A DNA stretch of 64,000 nt from the human T2T-CHM13v2.0 reference genome, Homo sapiens. Made by a program: the position numbers and the translations under genes. The notes beneath the pieces are model-generated. The model was not told the origin of the DNA, searched no databases, and worked only from the letters and a program-made list of their open reading frames with translations. The DNA is taken from assembly GCF_009914755.1 (NCBI RefSeq), contig NC_060946.1. One strand, written 5' to 3'. Shown in pieces: positions 1-15,000 of this stretch (position 1 is its first letter; each line of letters begins with the position of its first letter).

Positions 1-896
1 TGGGAGCAAGTCTGCACCCTCTTCTGCAGGTGACTCTGCTTCCTCTGAGAAACAGCTTCCGCTCACCACTGGGCCTTGGTGGAAACTAAATGCCTACCCA
101 CAGGACACCAGGCAAGCACCCAGCCTGAGCTTCCCACCATGACCTGGGTGCCCTGACCCATGCAGCCAAAGCAGCAATCAATCACCAGAGGAAACTGCCT
201 ATAAGAGCCCAGGCTCAGTCAGGCCCAGAAGGGACAAGCAAGTGTCATGAGCAGGTGGCTCAGATCCCTCAACACCTGCTCCTCAGACTCCATCCAGCCT
301 AAGGCTTCCTGGGCTGTTCCTCAGGACCAACTGACTGAGGAAGAAAACACATGAGCTTGATTACAGCTGGGTATGCACAATGTGCTGCTGATCCCTGAAG
401 GTGACCAGCTGCAGCACTACTGCACCACTCGAGCTGCCCTGAATGACACAGGGAAGGTTGGCTTGCCCAGGGGCTGGAGACTGATGGGGGTATTTCGCTG
501 GCAACTTGGTCTGGATTGAGAGATGGCAAATAACACAGATGATGGTGACTCATGAGGAGTTGCTAGAGGTTTGGCTGGTTGGTCAGGGACTCAGAAGGAT
601 CAATGATCAGATTTGAAAATTAATGACAAGGAAGGGTGGGAAGAGGCATAGGGATGGGCCCCTCATTATGGACACTATGAGCAGACACCAGCATTGCATA
701 TGAATGCTGACCACATGGCACATGAACACTCTCTGCAGAAGAGGCCTCGATAATCAGGTGGACAAAATGACACATTCCATAGATGTCAGTCAACCTCATT
801 CCCCAGCCATCCCAGTATTTGCCCAGTGGGCTTGTGGACAGAGGGGACAGTCATGGTGGCACACGTAGAGGCTGTGCATTACCTCATGAGCATGGC

Positions 897-1338
897 TGCT
901 ATGGCTTGGATGTGGTTTTTCCCCTCCAAAATGCATGTTGAAATTTAGTCCCCGTTGTGGCAACGTTGGGAGGTGGGACTTCATGGGAGATATTTGGGTC
1001 ATGGGAGCAGATCCATTGTGAATAGATTAATGCCTTTCCTGGGAGTGAGTTATTGGTCTCACAGGAATGGCTTACTTCCCTCGAGAGCAAGTTGTTAAAT
1101 AAGAGAGTCTGGCTTCCTTAGTTTCTCTCTCTTGCTTCCTCTCCCTCCATATGGTCACTTTGCCTGCTCCCCTTCCATCTTCTGCCATCAGCTGAAAAAG
1201 CCTGAGGTCCTGACCAGATGTAGCTGCCCAACCTTGGACCTTCCAGCCACCAGAATCATAAGCCAAATAAATGGCTTTTATTTATAAATTACCCAGCCTT
1301 GGTTATTTTGTTATAATAACACTAAATGGCCTAAGGCA
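897..1338 (+). mobile_element. MaLR solo LTR (MSTB-like)
   Basis: Begins tgctatggcttggatgt and ends ctaaggca, with the typical agccaaataaa polyA signal and ccttggacttccagcc core. Confidence 0.8.
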
Positions 1339-1825
1339 GAAAATCTCCCTCTTCCTAAGGTTGACCTGGCTACCACTGACAAAAGTGGCCAATCTGTCAA
1401 GGGCAGAGACCAACACCAAGACCCTTATATATCATTAATGTCGGGGACCAGCCAGCCTCCTGCTGGCAGATTAATTCCATTGATCTCTTCTACCATGGAA
1501 GGGGCACAAATTCTGGATATGGATTTGCCATCCCTGCTTGTAATGCTTCTTCCAGCATCACCAACCCTGGACTCCTGAGATCCCTGGCCACCATCGTGTC
1601 ATTCCCCACAGTGCTGTGTCTAATCAGGGAACTGATTCCACTGCAAAGGAAATGCAGCATGGAATTAACTGCTCTTACTACATACCCATGCCCAGGCACG
1701 GCCAGACTAAAAGTGGAGTGACTTACTGAAGACTCAGTTGTGGCACGACTTGAGAGATGGCACCCTGAAATATGGAGGTCCTATCTTAAGGGTACAGTCT
1801 ATGCTTTGACTCAAGACCATCAAGT

Positions 1826-2690
<865 letters not shown>

Positions 2691-3183
2691 ACACAGTCTC
2701 CCCAGGAGCCACAGTACATGGGTCTGAGAATAGATGGATAGAAGTGAGAGTGGCTTCTTCCACAAATAATCCTCCTAATACGCTCAAATAAGGTTTGCTT
2801 GCTATCCGAACATTTGAGCTCTGCTGCTTTGAAGATCTTAGTTCCCAAGAATATAATGCCTCTCCCAGGGGACACCACAATGGCTCCATTGAGTTGGAAC
2901 TAACAGTCAGAAACGGGGGCAACTTTACTGGAAGGACTGATTGGTGCTAACGAGGGGAAATTGGGCTGCTGTGTCACATAGTGGGGGCAAGAAGGACTTC
3001 ACCTAGAACCCCGAGTACTCATCATCTTAGTACTTCTGCCTACTCAGACCCTTCAAGAATGAAGGTTTAGATCTTCCCACCAGATAAAGATCTGTAACCA
3101 GCTGAGGTTCTAGCTGTGGAACAGGGAAATATCAAATGGGTAGTGGACAAAAGAAGTCACAGATAGCATCTGTGGCTCATAAC

Positions 3184-3363
3184 TAGGGTTTACCAGGTTT
3201 AGTAAACGAAAATACAGACGTCCAGTGAGATAGTAACTTCAGATAAACAACAAATAGTATTACTAAAAGTACTATTTGTATGTCCTATGCAATATTGGGG
3301 ACATATTTATGCTTAAAAATGCATTCACTGTTTGGACATCCTATATTTTATCTGGTAATTCTA
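3184..3363. mobile_element. MER53 (hAT-type MITE)
   Basis: Near-palindromic element with tagggtttaccag...ctggtaattcta termini and the cagataaacaacaaat core. Confidence 0.75.
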
Positions 3364-3915
3364 TTCATGACCAAGTAAAAAAGCACATTTTTTTACTTTG
3401 CTTGTCATGTGTGGTATATGTATGTATTTGGAGTTATTAACCATTTATCTTTTCTTATTATGAGTTGTTAGCAGAGTATTCAGTGAAATTGTGACTAAAG
3501 ATGAAGATAAACTAATATAGTTAGCTGTGGATGCAGTGGCTCTTGGGAGCCTGCATCTCGCTTGGAGGAGAGGGTGAGAATTTCGTTCATATAAAGGATA
3601 ACTGCTTCTTATTAGACGGAAACAGAGTTGTTTTTTGGTTCCTCAGAAGTTCAAATGTGTGTAGAAAGATAAATACGGAAGCTAAGTAGGAAAGCGGGTG
3701 AACTCTGCCAGTTATCAGCGGAATGTTCTAGCTGCAAATTGCCCCTTTCTCGCAAGCTCTAGGAAGCCGGCTGGTAAACAGCGCCCTCCTTTGCCCGCCG
3801 CTGCAATGTTAGGCTTTGCCAAAAGAGAGCACCTGGGGGAAGCTGCGAGGCCACCGCGGCGAGAAGGTGCTTTCCTGTTTCCCTGCTGTCCTTTCTTTTT
3901 ATTCCGCACAGAAGC

Positions 3916-4165
3916 CATATATATTATATATATATATATATGTAGTGTACATTTATATATTAGGCTTTTAGGCCATATATATGTGTGTGTGTATATATGT
4001 ATATGTATCACTACATATATATACTATATATACATATATACTATATATACTTTCTACACACTATAAATAGATAGTGTGGCACATCTATATATTACACATT
4101 TAGGCTCTTTATAGATATGTACCACCACATATATAGTGATACATTTATACATATATATATATATC
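3916..4165. repeat. (TA)n-rich low-complexity repeat
   Basis: Direct inspection shows tatatata/tgtgtg runs. Confidence 0.9.
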
Positions 4166-4669
4166 GACTAAACAGCATTTAGGCTGTTTCCAGCTTTTTG
4201 CTACCACAAGTAATGCAGGAATTAGCAAATAAGATCTTCCAGATAATACCCAGAGGCAGGACTGCTGGATCAGGAGGAATGCACATTTTCAGTTTTACTG
4301 CCCTCTAATGTGGCTGATGAATTTACACCCTACTAGCAATGTGTGGGTTCTGTTTCTCTAACTCTTTACCACACTTGATATCAGCAGGCTTTTCCATTTG
4401 CACCACGCAGCTCTTACTACAACCCTCCTTTACAGCTCTCAACTAACACAGGCAGGCAGCATGCGTGGGCCAGATACCAGGGCAGTCCTCCACTGCAGTT
4501 AGATATTGGGTCTCCCTCCTGTGACTGGGCAGACGAAAAGGACTTGTTCACTCTTGTTTTCTCTAACACAGTGCTTCACACACAGAGTTCTTTTCCAGTT
4601 ATGTGACTAATTCAATAAACTGCCTGAGCCTTAGTTTCCCAATCCTTGTCATTAAATGGTCACTGTGCC

Positions 4670-4884
4670 CACTGGTGTGCTGGGAAAAGTTTAACAACTA
4701 ACAGAGTAGCAAGGGCGGTGGGAGTCCTAATTTGTAGCATTTGCCCATTTCCATGGTATAAATAATCCCACCATGGCTGATTTCAAGCTACCAAGGTGCC
4801 CCACTGAACACAGAGTTGGGAAGAGATGCTCTTAAATCATCAGCTCTCCTGAGCTGGTGCAAGCCAGTTGCGGGACACCACTGG
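4670..4884. mobile_element. MER63A-like hAT DNA transposon fossil
   Basis: Contains ttgtagcatttgcccatttccatggtataaataatcccaccatggctgatttcaagctacc and ends acaccactgg. Confidence 0.7.
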
Positions 4885-4961
4885 GCTTTTTGCAACCCTG
4901 TTTCTTAATTCTCAGTTCTGGGCAGGCTGTAGTCGCCTCCCCGTGCTTCTGTACAAGTAGA

Positions 4962-4979
4962 CAGCGACATCTGGTGGCA
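4962..4979 (-). promoter_or_regulatory. Candidate CTCF motif
   Basis: Minus strand TGCCACCAGATGTCGCTG, one mismatch to the CCACCAGRKGGCGC core. Confidence 0.4.
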
Positions 4980-5578
4980 AAGTCAAGCAAATCCCAGACC
5001 ATGTAGAGAAGGGCCTAGAGTATGGGAAAACAAGAAACACCCCTCTTCTCCCACCAGCACCCCCACGAAAGGTTTCTGTCCTCTTCCTCAACCAACCCTG
5101 GGACCCATCAACTCCAGCAAAAACTCAATGCCTGGGGAGTTCCTACATGGGCAGCCTGCAGGTCTCCCTTCCTGTGGCAGCTGGGGTAGAGTGGCATGGC
5201 TCCTGGTGTTGGAATAAGCAGTGACCTCGTACAGCAGTCATTCCCACTGCCTGCCTGCAGACCCCTTGCCTTACCCCTGGTTGAGAATTATCAGAAGCGT
5301 CCCTCAACCCAAAGCAGTCACCACAGCACTCCTAGAACAAGAGTTACTCAGCTAGTGTGACCAGAGCACTGGTTCACCATGAGCGCTTCCTCCTGGAATT
5401 TGGACAACCATCTCAGGGCCTTTCTTTGGTCAATTTCCTTCTGATTCTGTGTGTAAGACTTGTGTGCAGAATCTCAGTGGCCTAAATATCTCAGCCTATG
5501 GTAGGATAGGCGGGGAAGTGAGGGTGGCCCCTGCAATAGCAAAGCCATTACACTTAGCCTTTGGCCACTAAAACCCCC

Positions 5579-6471
<893 letters not shown>

Positions 6472-8630
6472 AATATCTCAGCATCAAAAGATGGCATGGA
6501 AATGAAGGTCATCTCCGAACTGCTACTATGATAGACCTTCAATCAAATGAAGTCAAATGAAGCCTTCAGGCATTCATCTTGCAGAATGCAAACAGTCAGC
6601 TGCCACAGGGAACTGCAGAAGGCAAGCGTTGTGACCAAACCATAAATGCTGGTCAGCCCCATCTAAATCAGGTTAAAATGGGGATAGATATCAGCCAGTG
6701 AGAACACAGGCAGCTTTCTTTGGAATGGCCACTTCGGGGGTGGTGGGTGAGCAAAGAATGGATGCAGATGCTCTCTCCTCTCCAAGGAGCAATGTGGACT
6801 TCAAAGCCCACAAAGATTCGTGAGATTTATTCCTAGAATAAGTACCCTAGAGAAGCCCGCCCAGCAGAGTATAAAAGAAATCAAGAATTTCCGGTGGACC
6901 CAGAACGTGTCACAGCTTGGGGCCAAATAAATTACACTCCTGCAAATGCCTCGGGCCTAGCTCCAGTAAAAAGTGACAGGACAGCCATGTGTCCAAAAGC
7001 TAGTGCATTGCACAGCAAGGAGGAAACCAATTTCCTTTAGCCTTTGCTCCCCTAGAGACGTCATATGACCAGAGTGAGGTTGGACACTCAGCTCTCTATC
7101 TTTTCAAATAATTCCCCATCTCCAAGTTCATGGAAAGAGAGAAAACCATCATGTCACCATAGCGATGACTCCTCTAATGATGGTTCAGAGTGGAAAACTT
7201 CTGACTTCAAGGATGGCCTCATACAGGATGGACGTGAATGCTGGTCCTCAAAACCCCAATGTCACATTTTTAAAAATCTGACCATCCCTCAGTCAGTGTC
7301 AGGGGTTTTCATGTGGGAAACCTCAAAGAAGGTGAGAAGGCAGGGGAGGTGTAACCCACAGTAATTATTAATAAAACCAACATTCCAGGACAAACTACTG
7401 CTAAGGAGGTTGAATTTTTTTTCTAAATGATCCTTCACAAGTAAAATAAGGAACTGGAGTCCTTGGACTGATCGCTATATTATGCTAAATGGATGACAGA
7501 ATACAGCTCAGGAGTCAAAGATCATAAGCTTCCAAGTGGCCACAGGGACAATAAGCCTTTCAGCCCTTGGGTAATAAAGTCAGACAATCTGGTCCAGCAG
7601 CCAGAAGATGGCTGAGCTGGAGGAACATCGATGATGGGACAGTCCCAGCGTCCGCCCTCTCTGCTGGAAGGACATTAGCTGCTGAGAATAACTGGATCCA
7701 AATTGTTAACGTGACCCCCCACTGCTCATGGGGATGAAGAAAAAGATCTGGGGTGATTGGAACCTTACAAAGCAGGGACACAGATGCTTTATGTCTTTCG
7801 AAGGTCTAGTTGTAAAAACAAGACCCGAAAGCAGCCTCTCGGTCTTTTCACTGCTGGCCAGCAAAACTGGGAGAGGACTATGTTGTGATGTCCCCAGGAT
7901 ATCCTTCATGATTGCCACCAAGATCTGCTGGGATAGGTGCCCAAGACCTGGAAGGAACACTAAACTAGAGACCCAGGGATGCACACACCTTGCATGTTCT
8001 CACAATGAGGCTAAACCAGACTCACCACCGGAGAAATGCCAGCCAACAGCCTGTGGACATGGATGCAGATTGACTATTCCAGCCCCTCAGTGAACAAGCT
8101 CCAAGTGTGTTTCCTTGTAAAGCAGTTATACAGGTCAAAAATCACTTCATCACAAATGAAATACGGTCAAACTACCACAAAACACAGGGCTAAAATATCT
8201 CATCACCAGAGGGTGCCAGAGACCACCAAATATAATCCAGATTCAAGGCAGTCCATGTGAAAATTGCCCACCAGGTGGCGGAAATGCAGGGAGACGGCCA
8301 GCATGTACAGATAATTTGTTTCCCGGGTCCACACATTATCTGATGAGAGTGAATCTGACCCTAGAAGAGAACTACACAACTACTTGGTTGCATTAGGGTT
8401 CAACAAGACTGTGCACGCTCCAAAAATTCTCAAAAAGGTCAAATCCAAGTAACAAGGGTTTTAGCCTATGAACCAAGGTGTGGCTAGAGAAAAGATTGTT
8501 TGAATTTGAAAAGAAGCTAGGAGGTTGACTCACTGGGGCATCTATCCTTGAGTCTTCCTGCAGTGGGAGGCAGAGTGAGCGGTCAGCTGGGCATCCACAT
8601 CTAGAGTGTTGAAAACCTCCTGGGGGTGGA
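6472..8630 (+). mobile_element. Highly decayed LTR-retroelement internal segment with integrase-like remnant (Gypsy- or ERV-like)
   Basis: One frame, 7892-8086, reads PQDILHDCHQDLLG*VPKTW..PGMH..EMPANSLWTWMQIDYSSP, resembling the integrase Zn-finger and first catalytic Asp. The segment follows an LTR end and finishes in a purine-rich gggggtggag tract. Confidence 0.4.
8265..8283 (+). promoter_or_regulatory. Candidate CTCF motif
   Basis: TGCCCACCAGGTGGCGGAA is a near-perfect match to the CTCF core consensus. Confidence 0.5.
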
Positions 8631-8634
8631 GACG

Positions 8635-11600
8635 GGGGACTTCCACTTCCAGAATGGGCAATTGTGTGTGTGTATAAAATATTTAAGATATATGTATTTA
8701 TTTAAAGTCTCTAGAAATGGCCTTAGGGCATACAGCAAATAAAAAAACATTTAATTCAAGAACATCTATTAAAACCTGGCAAGAAATGGGAGGGTCTGTG
8801 GCATTTCAACCACGACCTGCTCCATTCCTCCCACTGCCAGCAAAATGTGACAGAAACTCCACTCCAGGTGGGTACAGCCAAGGACACAGCACTGTCTCCA
8901 CCCAGCTCCCAGTCAAGGGCTATGGTATTTTCCCAAGAAGGAAAATCCATCAGCATTTTTCTTCCCACCCCAGCTACCTGTTGCAGAGACTAAATTCCAG
9001 GTGATTGTAGTAATCGGTTGAGGCTCTCTTCTTTTGCTCAGCCCCTACTTGTGGGACAAAAGCCCTGCCTTGGGTGCAACACACTGAGAATACTGGCACC
9101 ATCAACCAGCTCATTTGTAAAGTAGAGGTTCCATGCTATGAGAAGCAAGCTGGGAATACAATAGACTCTCCAATAAGCACCCACCTCCTAAAGCAGGGGT
9201 GTCACTCAGAAAGTAGCTACCTACCACTGTCCCCACCCAGCCCCAGAGCCATAGCCAAAAGCTCCTGAAACATTTCCCCAAGAGGAAAGGCAGGACATAG
9301 AGAGCTCTAAAGCCCTTCCCGAATGAACTGACTTTATTTGCAAATGAGTACAAAGTTCAACATTAAGGGGACTTTCAAAACAATGAAGCTTGGGCAAAAA
9401 GCAATTGAGAGGAAACTGGTAAGTTCATTAGTGACATAAACTAGACCATAGGCCAGCTAGTTTATCAGAGAGAACCAGGAAAAGACATGGCTAAAAACAG
9501 ACCTCTTGGGGTCAAAGCAAACCTCAAACACTGACCTCAAAAACTATCCCTGCAAATGAGCCTCAGTTTAATTGGATAAGTCATCTCAATAAAGGTGTTT
9601 TTTAAAGAAAAAAAACAGCAATAACAATTATACATTCTGGTCAACATGGAGTAACAGGAGCTGGATTTATTTTTAGGCCTGGAATAATTTTAAAAACAAC
9701 ACAAAATATTTAAGTCACTGGACATCAGGCAATGAAAGATAGTGGTTTATAAGAGATGAGAAATGAGTAAGATGAGCCCCACGATTGCCCCAGATTACTG
9801 CATGGAGAGTTTCCAGTCTGAGGCTCAAGGACGAGAGAACGTAACCACAGCCCACTGGCCTCCCCGAGTTGAAGAAACAGAGCTGCTTGGGATCCCAGGC
9901 CGCTGGAGTTCATAGGGCAGAGTACCAAAGAGGAGGGAGCTTAACAGAAAGAGAACTCTGCAAATACGAGAGTGTAAGTATTATACTGAGTAGTGATCAG
10001 TGTATGCATATGAGGAATGTACCTGAGGCCAAGAAAAAGACTACCCAAAAGCATTGAACAGAACAATCCCCAGAGAAAATTCAGGGCTGAAAATAATGCC
10101 TGACCTCATCAACAAGTACAGAAAATCTCATAATTCATTAAGCATCAGGTAGAGTACTCGGAGGAGTCTTCCTGATCTGTGGACAAAATTAACCATAGAC
10201 TTAATGCTGTTGTGGTCTCATGTAAAAATGTTAAAAGAAAGCTGGGGATAGATTAAACTGTTTCAAAATAATTTAACTGTGTACCAGAACACAACTTAAG
10301 AATACAAAAATATCTAGCACCTGCAAAGATAAAATGCACAATGTCTAGCATTCAACTACAAATTAACATGCAGGCAAAGAAGTGGAAGAATATGATCCAT
10401 AGTTAGGAAAATATCAGCCAGTCAAAGCTGATCCAAAATTGACATAGGTAATAAATAGATAAGGTCATTAAAGCAGTTATTATAATACTATTCCATATGT
10501 ATAAGGAACTAGAGGAAGGATTAAACATTTTTGGCGAATGCACAGAAGGTTTTTTCTAAAACCAATTTAAACTTATAGAAAACAATGTGATGAAAAATAC
10601 ACTAGATGGAATTAATGACAGATTAGAAACTGCAGAAGAAAAGATTAGTGAACTTGAAGGCAGAGCAGTAGAAATTATACAAAATTATCAGAGGGTTAAA
10701 GGACTAAAAAAATAAAGAGAACATCAGTGACCTGTGAGATAAATGCCAGTGGTAAAATATATATGTGGTTAAAGTCTCTGAAAAAGAAGAGGGGATTTGA
10801 AAAAATAATGACAGAAAATTTTCTTAATGTGATGAAAACTGTATACCTACGGATTAAAAAAGTTCAACCAACCGTAATCACAAAAACATGAAGAAAACCA
10901 TACCAAGTCACACTATGATCATCAAATTTCTTAAACCAACTCATCTAAGAGAAAATTTTAAGTGGCCAGAAGAAAAAAAATACATTATATGCAGAAGAAC
11001 AAAGAAAAGGATGACAGCAGATTTCTCAGAAAAACAATGCAAGTGGCCAGGTACAGTGGCTCATGCCAGTAATCCCACCACTTTGGGAGGCCGAGATGAG
11101 AGGATAACTTGAGGCCAGGAGTTCAAGACCAACCTGGGCAACATAGCGAGACCCTGTCTCTACAAAAAAAAAATTTTTTTAATTAGCTGGTGTGATGGTG
11201 CATCACTGTAGTCCTAGCTACTCAGGAAGCTAAGGCAGGAGGATCACTTGAGCCCAGGAGTTAGAGGCTGCACTGAGCTATAATCACATCACTGCACTCC
11301 AGCCTTAGCAACAGAGTGAGACCCTGTCTCAACAAAATAAAAAATAAAAGACACAATGCAAGTTAGAAGAGAGTGGAACAATATCTTTAAAGAATTTAAA
11401 GGAAAAAAGTTCATCCTAGAATTATTTACCTAGCACAAATATCTTTCGAAAAAGAAGGCTGAGATTTTTTAGACGTACAAAAGCTGAATGTATCATTGAA
11501 TTTTCACTATAAGAATTTTTAAAGAAAGTCTTCAAGCAAAAAGAAAATGACATCGCATGGAAATCTGGGTCTACACAAAGGAGTAACGAAGGGTGCCAAA

Positions 11601-11777
11601 AATGGAAACTATATGGATAAATATACAGACTTGTTCCTAATTATTTAAATCTCTTTAAAGAATATTAAACTATTTAAAGGAGAAATAATGACATTCATAA
11701 ATTAAAATTTAACATTTATAACAAATGTAAAGTAAAACATACAACAATATCACAGAGGCTAGAGAGGAGAAATGAAG
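8635..11777 (+). mobile_element. Old L1 (L1M-type) 5'UTR/ORF1 region, split by AluJ
   Basis: A-rich sense strand with ORF1-like remnants (gattagaaactgcagaagaaaagattagtgaacttgaag; IIKFLK..RMTADFS). Confidence 0.8.
11045..11350 (+). mobile_element. AluJ
   Basis: Full dimer with J-type sequence; TSD acaatgcaagt. Confidence 0.9.
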
Positions 11778-11995
11778 TACAGATACTGGGAGATCAGTTC
11801 CAAGACCACCCAAGGATACCAAAATCTAAGGATGCTCTAGTGCCTTATATAAAATAATGTAGTATTTGCATATAACTTAAGCACATTCTCCCATATACTT
11901 TAAATCATCTCTAGATTACTTATAATACCTAATACATGTAAATTATCTGTAAATAGTTGTTATACTGCATTGCTTTTATTATTGTATTATTTTTA
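11778..11995. mobile_element. MER2 (Tigger-derived) fragment
   Basis: Contains ggataccaaaatc..gtatttgcatataac..ctttaaatcatctctagattacttataatacctaatac; truncated by the following L1. Confidence 0.75.
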
Positions 11996-12004
11996 GCAAT
12001 AAAA

Positions 12005-15000
12005 TATTTTTTAATTTTTAATTTTAATTTGGGTGGGTACCTAGGCAGGTATATGTATTTAGGGGATACATGAGATGTTTTCACACAGGCTTGCAATGTG
12101 TAATAATCACATCTTGTAAAATTGGGTATCCATCCCCCTGAAGAATTTATTCTTTGTGTCACAAACAATTCAATTACACTCTTTTAGTTATTTTTAAATG
12201 TATAATTAAATTATTACTGACTATAGTCACTCTGTTGTGCTGTCAAATTTATTCATATCCATTCTTTTTAACTACTTTTTTGTACCCATTAACCATCCCC
12301 ACCTCCCTCTCCCCTTCCCACCCCCATCTCATCCTCTGGTAACCATCCTTCTACTCTCTATCTTCATGTGTTCAATTGCTTCGATTTTTAGATCCCATAA
12401 ATAAGTGAGAACATGTGTTTGCCTTTCTGTGCCTGGCTTATTTCACTTAGCACAATGACCTCCAGTTCCATCCATGTTGTTGCAAATGACAGGATCTCAT
12501 TAATTCTTATGGCTGAATAGTACTCCATTGTGTATATGTACCACATTTTCTTTATCCGTTCATCTGCTGATGAACACTTAGGTTGCTTCCAGATTTTGGC
12601 TATTGTGAGCAGTGCTGCAGCAAACATGGGAGTGCAGATATCTCTTCAATATACTGATTTCCTTACTTTTGGGTATACATCCAGCAGTGGGATTGCGGGA
12701 TCATATGGTAGCTCTATTTTTAGTTTTTTGAGGAAACTCCAAACTGTTCTCCATGGTGGTTGTACTAATTTACATTCCCACCAACAGTGTACAAGGGTTC
12801 CCTTTTCTCCGTATCCTCTCCAGCATTTGTTATTGCCTGTCTTTTGGATATAAGCCATTTTAACTGGGATGAGATGATATCTCATTGGAGTTTTGATCTG
12901 CATTTCTCTGATGATCAATGATGTTGAGCACCTTTTCATATGCCTGTTTGCTATTTGTATGTCTTCTTTTGAGAAATGTCAATTCAAATATTTTGCCCAT
13001 TTTTGGATTGCATTATTAGATATTTTCCTATAGAGTCGTTTGAGCTCCTTGTACATTCTGGTTATGAATCTCTTGTCAGATGGGTAGTTTGCAAACATTT
13101 TCTCCCATTCTGTGGGTTATCCTTCACTTTGCTCATTGTTTCCTTTGTTGTATAGATTTTTAACTTACTCTGGTTCCATTTGTCCATTTTTGCTTTGGTT
13201 GTCTGTGCTTGCAGGGTATTACTCAATAAATTTTTGCCCAGACCAGTGTTCTGGAGAGTTTCTTCAATGTTTTCTTATAGTAGTTTCATAGTTTGAGATC
13301 TTAGATTTAAGTCTTTAATCCATTTTGATTTTGTTTTTGTATATAGTGATAGATATGGGTCTAGTTTTATTCTTCTGCATATGGATATCCAATTTTCCCA
13401 ACACCATTTATTGAAGAGATTATCTTTTCCCCAGTGTATGTTCTCAGCACCTTTGCTGAAAATAATTTCACTGTAGGTGTGTGGATTTGCTTCTGGGTTA
13501 CCCATTCTGTTTCATTGGTCTATCTGTCTGTTTTTATGCCAGAACCATGCTGTTTTGTTTTATATAGCTCTATAGTATAACTTAAAGCCAGGTAATGAGA
13601 TTCCTAAATTTTGTTCTTTTTGCTTAGGATAGTTTTGACGATTTAGAGCCTTTTGTGGTTCCATATACATTTTTAAATTGTTTTTTCTACTTCTATGAAG
13701 AATGTCATTGGTATTTTGATAGGAATTGCATTGACTCTGTAGATTGCTTTAGGTAATATGAATATCTTAACAATATTGATTCTTCCAACCTATGAAAATT
13801 GAATATTTTTCCATTTTTTGGTGTTCTCTTCAATTCCTTTCATCAGTGTTTTATAGTTTTCACTGTAGAGATCGTTGACTTCTTTGATTAATTCCTAGGT
13901 ATTGTATTTGTGGCTATTGTAAATAGGATTACTTTTTTATTTCTTTTCAGATTGCTCACTGTTGACATACAGAAATGCTACTGATTTTTGTACATTGATT
14001 TTGCATTCTGCAACTTTACTGAATTTATCAGTTCTAATAGTTTTTTGTGGAGTCTTTAGGTTCTTCTGAATATAAGATCATCTATAAACAAGGATAATTG
14101 GACTCCTTCCTTTCCTATTTGAATGCCTGTTATTTCTTTCTCTTGCCTAATTACTCTAGCTAGGACTTCCAGTAATGTATCAAATAACAGTGGTGAAAGT
14201 AGGCATCTTTGTCATATTCCAAATCTTAGAGGAAAGGTTTTCAGTTTTTCCCTATTCAGTTTGACGCTGACCATGGGTCTGTCACATATGGCTTTCATTA
14301 TGTTGAAATGTGTTTCTTCTATACCTAGTTTTTCAAGGGTTTTTATCATGAAGGCATGCTGAACTTTATCAAATGCTTTCTCAGTATCAGTTAAAATGAT
14401 TGTATTTTTTTTCCTTCATTCTGTTGACAAGATCTATCACACTGATTAATTTGCACATGCTGAACTATCTTTGCATGCCAGGAATAAATTCCTCTTGGTC
14501 GTGATGAATGATCTTTTGTTGAATTTTGGTTGCTACTATTTTGTTGAGAATTTTTGCATCAATTTCATCAAAGATATTGGTCTGTAGTTTTGTTTTGTTT
14601 TTTTCAATGTATCTTTGTCTGACTTCATCAGGGTAATGCCAGCCTCGCAGAATGAATTTGAAAGTATTCCCTCCTCTATATTTTAGAGTAGTTTGAGTAG
14701 AATTGATATTAGTTCTTCTTTAAACATCTGGTAGAATTCATCAGTGAAGTCATCGGGTCTTGGGCTTTTCTTTACTGGGAGAATTTTTATTATGGCTTCA
14801 ATCTCATTACTTGTTATTGGTCTGTTCAAGTTTTAAATTTCTTCATGGTTCAATCTTGGTAGGTTGCATGTGTCTAGGAATTTGTCCATTTCTTCTAGAT
14901 TTTTCCAATTTATTGGCATATGATTGTTCATAGTAGCCACTAGTGATCCTTTTAATTTCTGCCGTATCAGTAGTAATGTCTCCTTTTTTATCTCTAATTT

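Noticed and set aside
7065-8260. Cellular gene or endogenous RNA-virus ORFs in the non-Alu/L1 stretch
   Set aside because: Short overlapping ORFs with no recognisable cellular or bornavirus-like motifs; better explained by a decayed retroelement pol.
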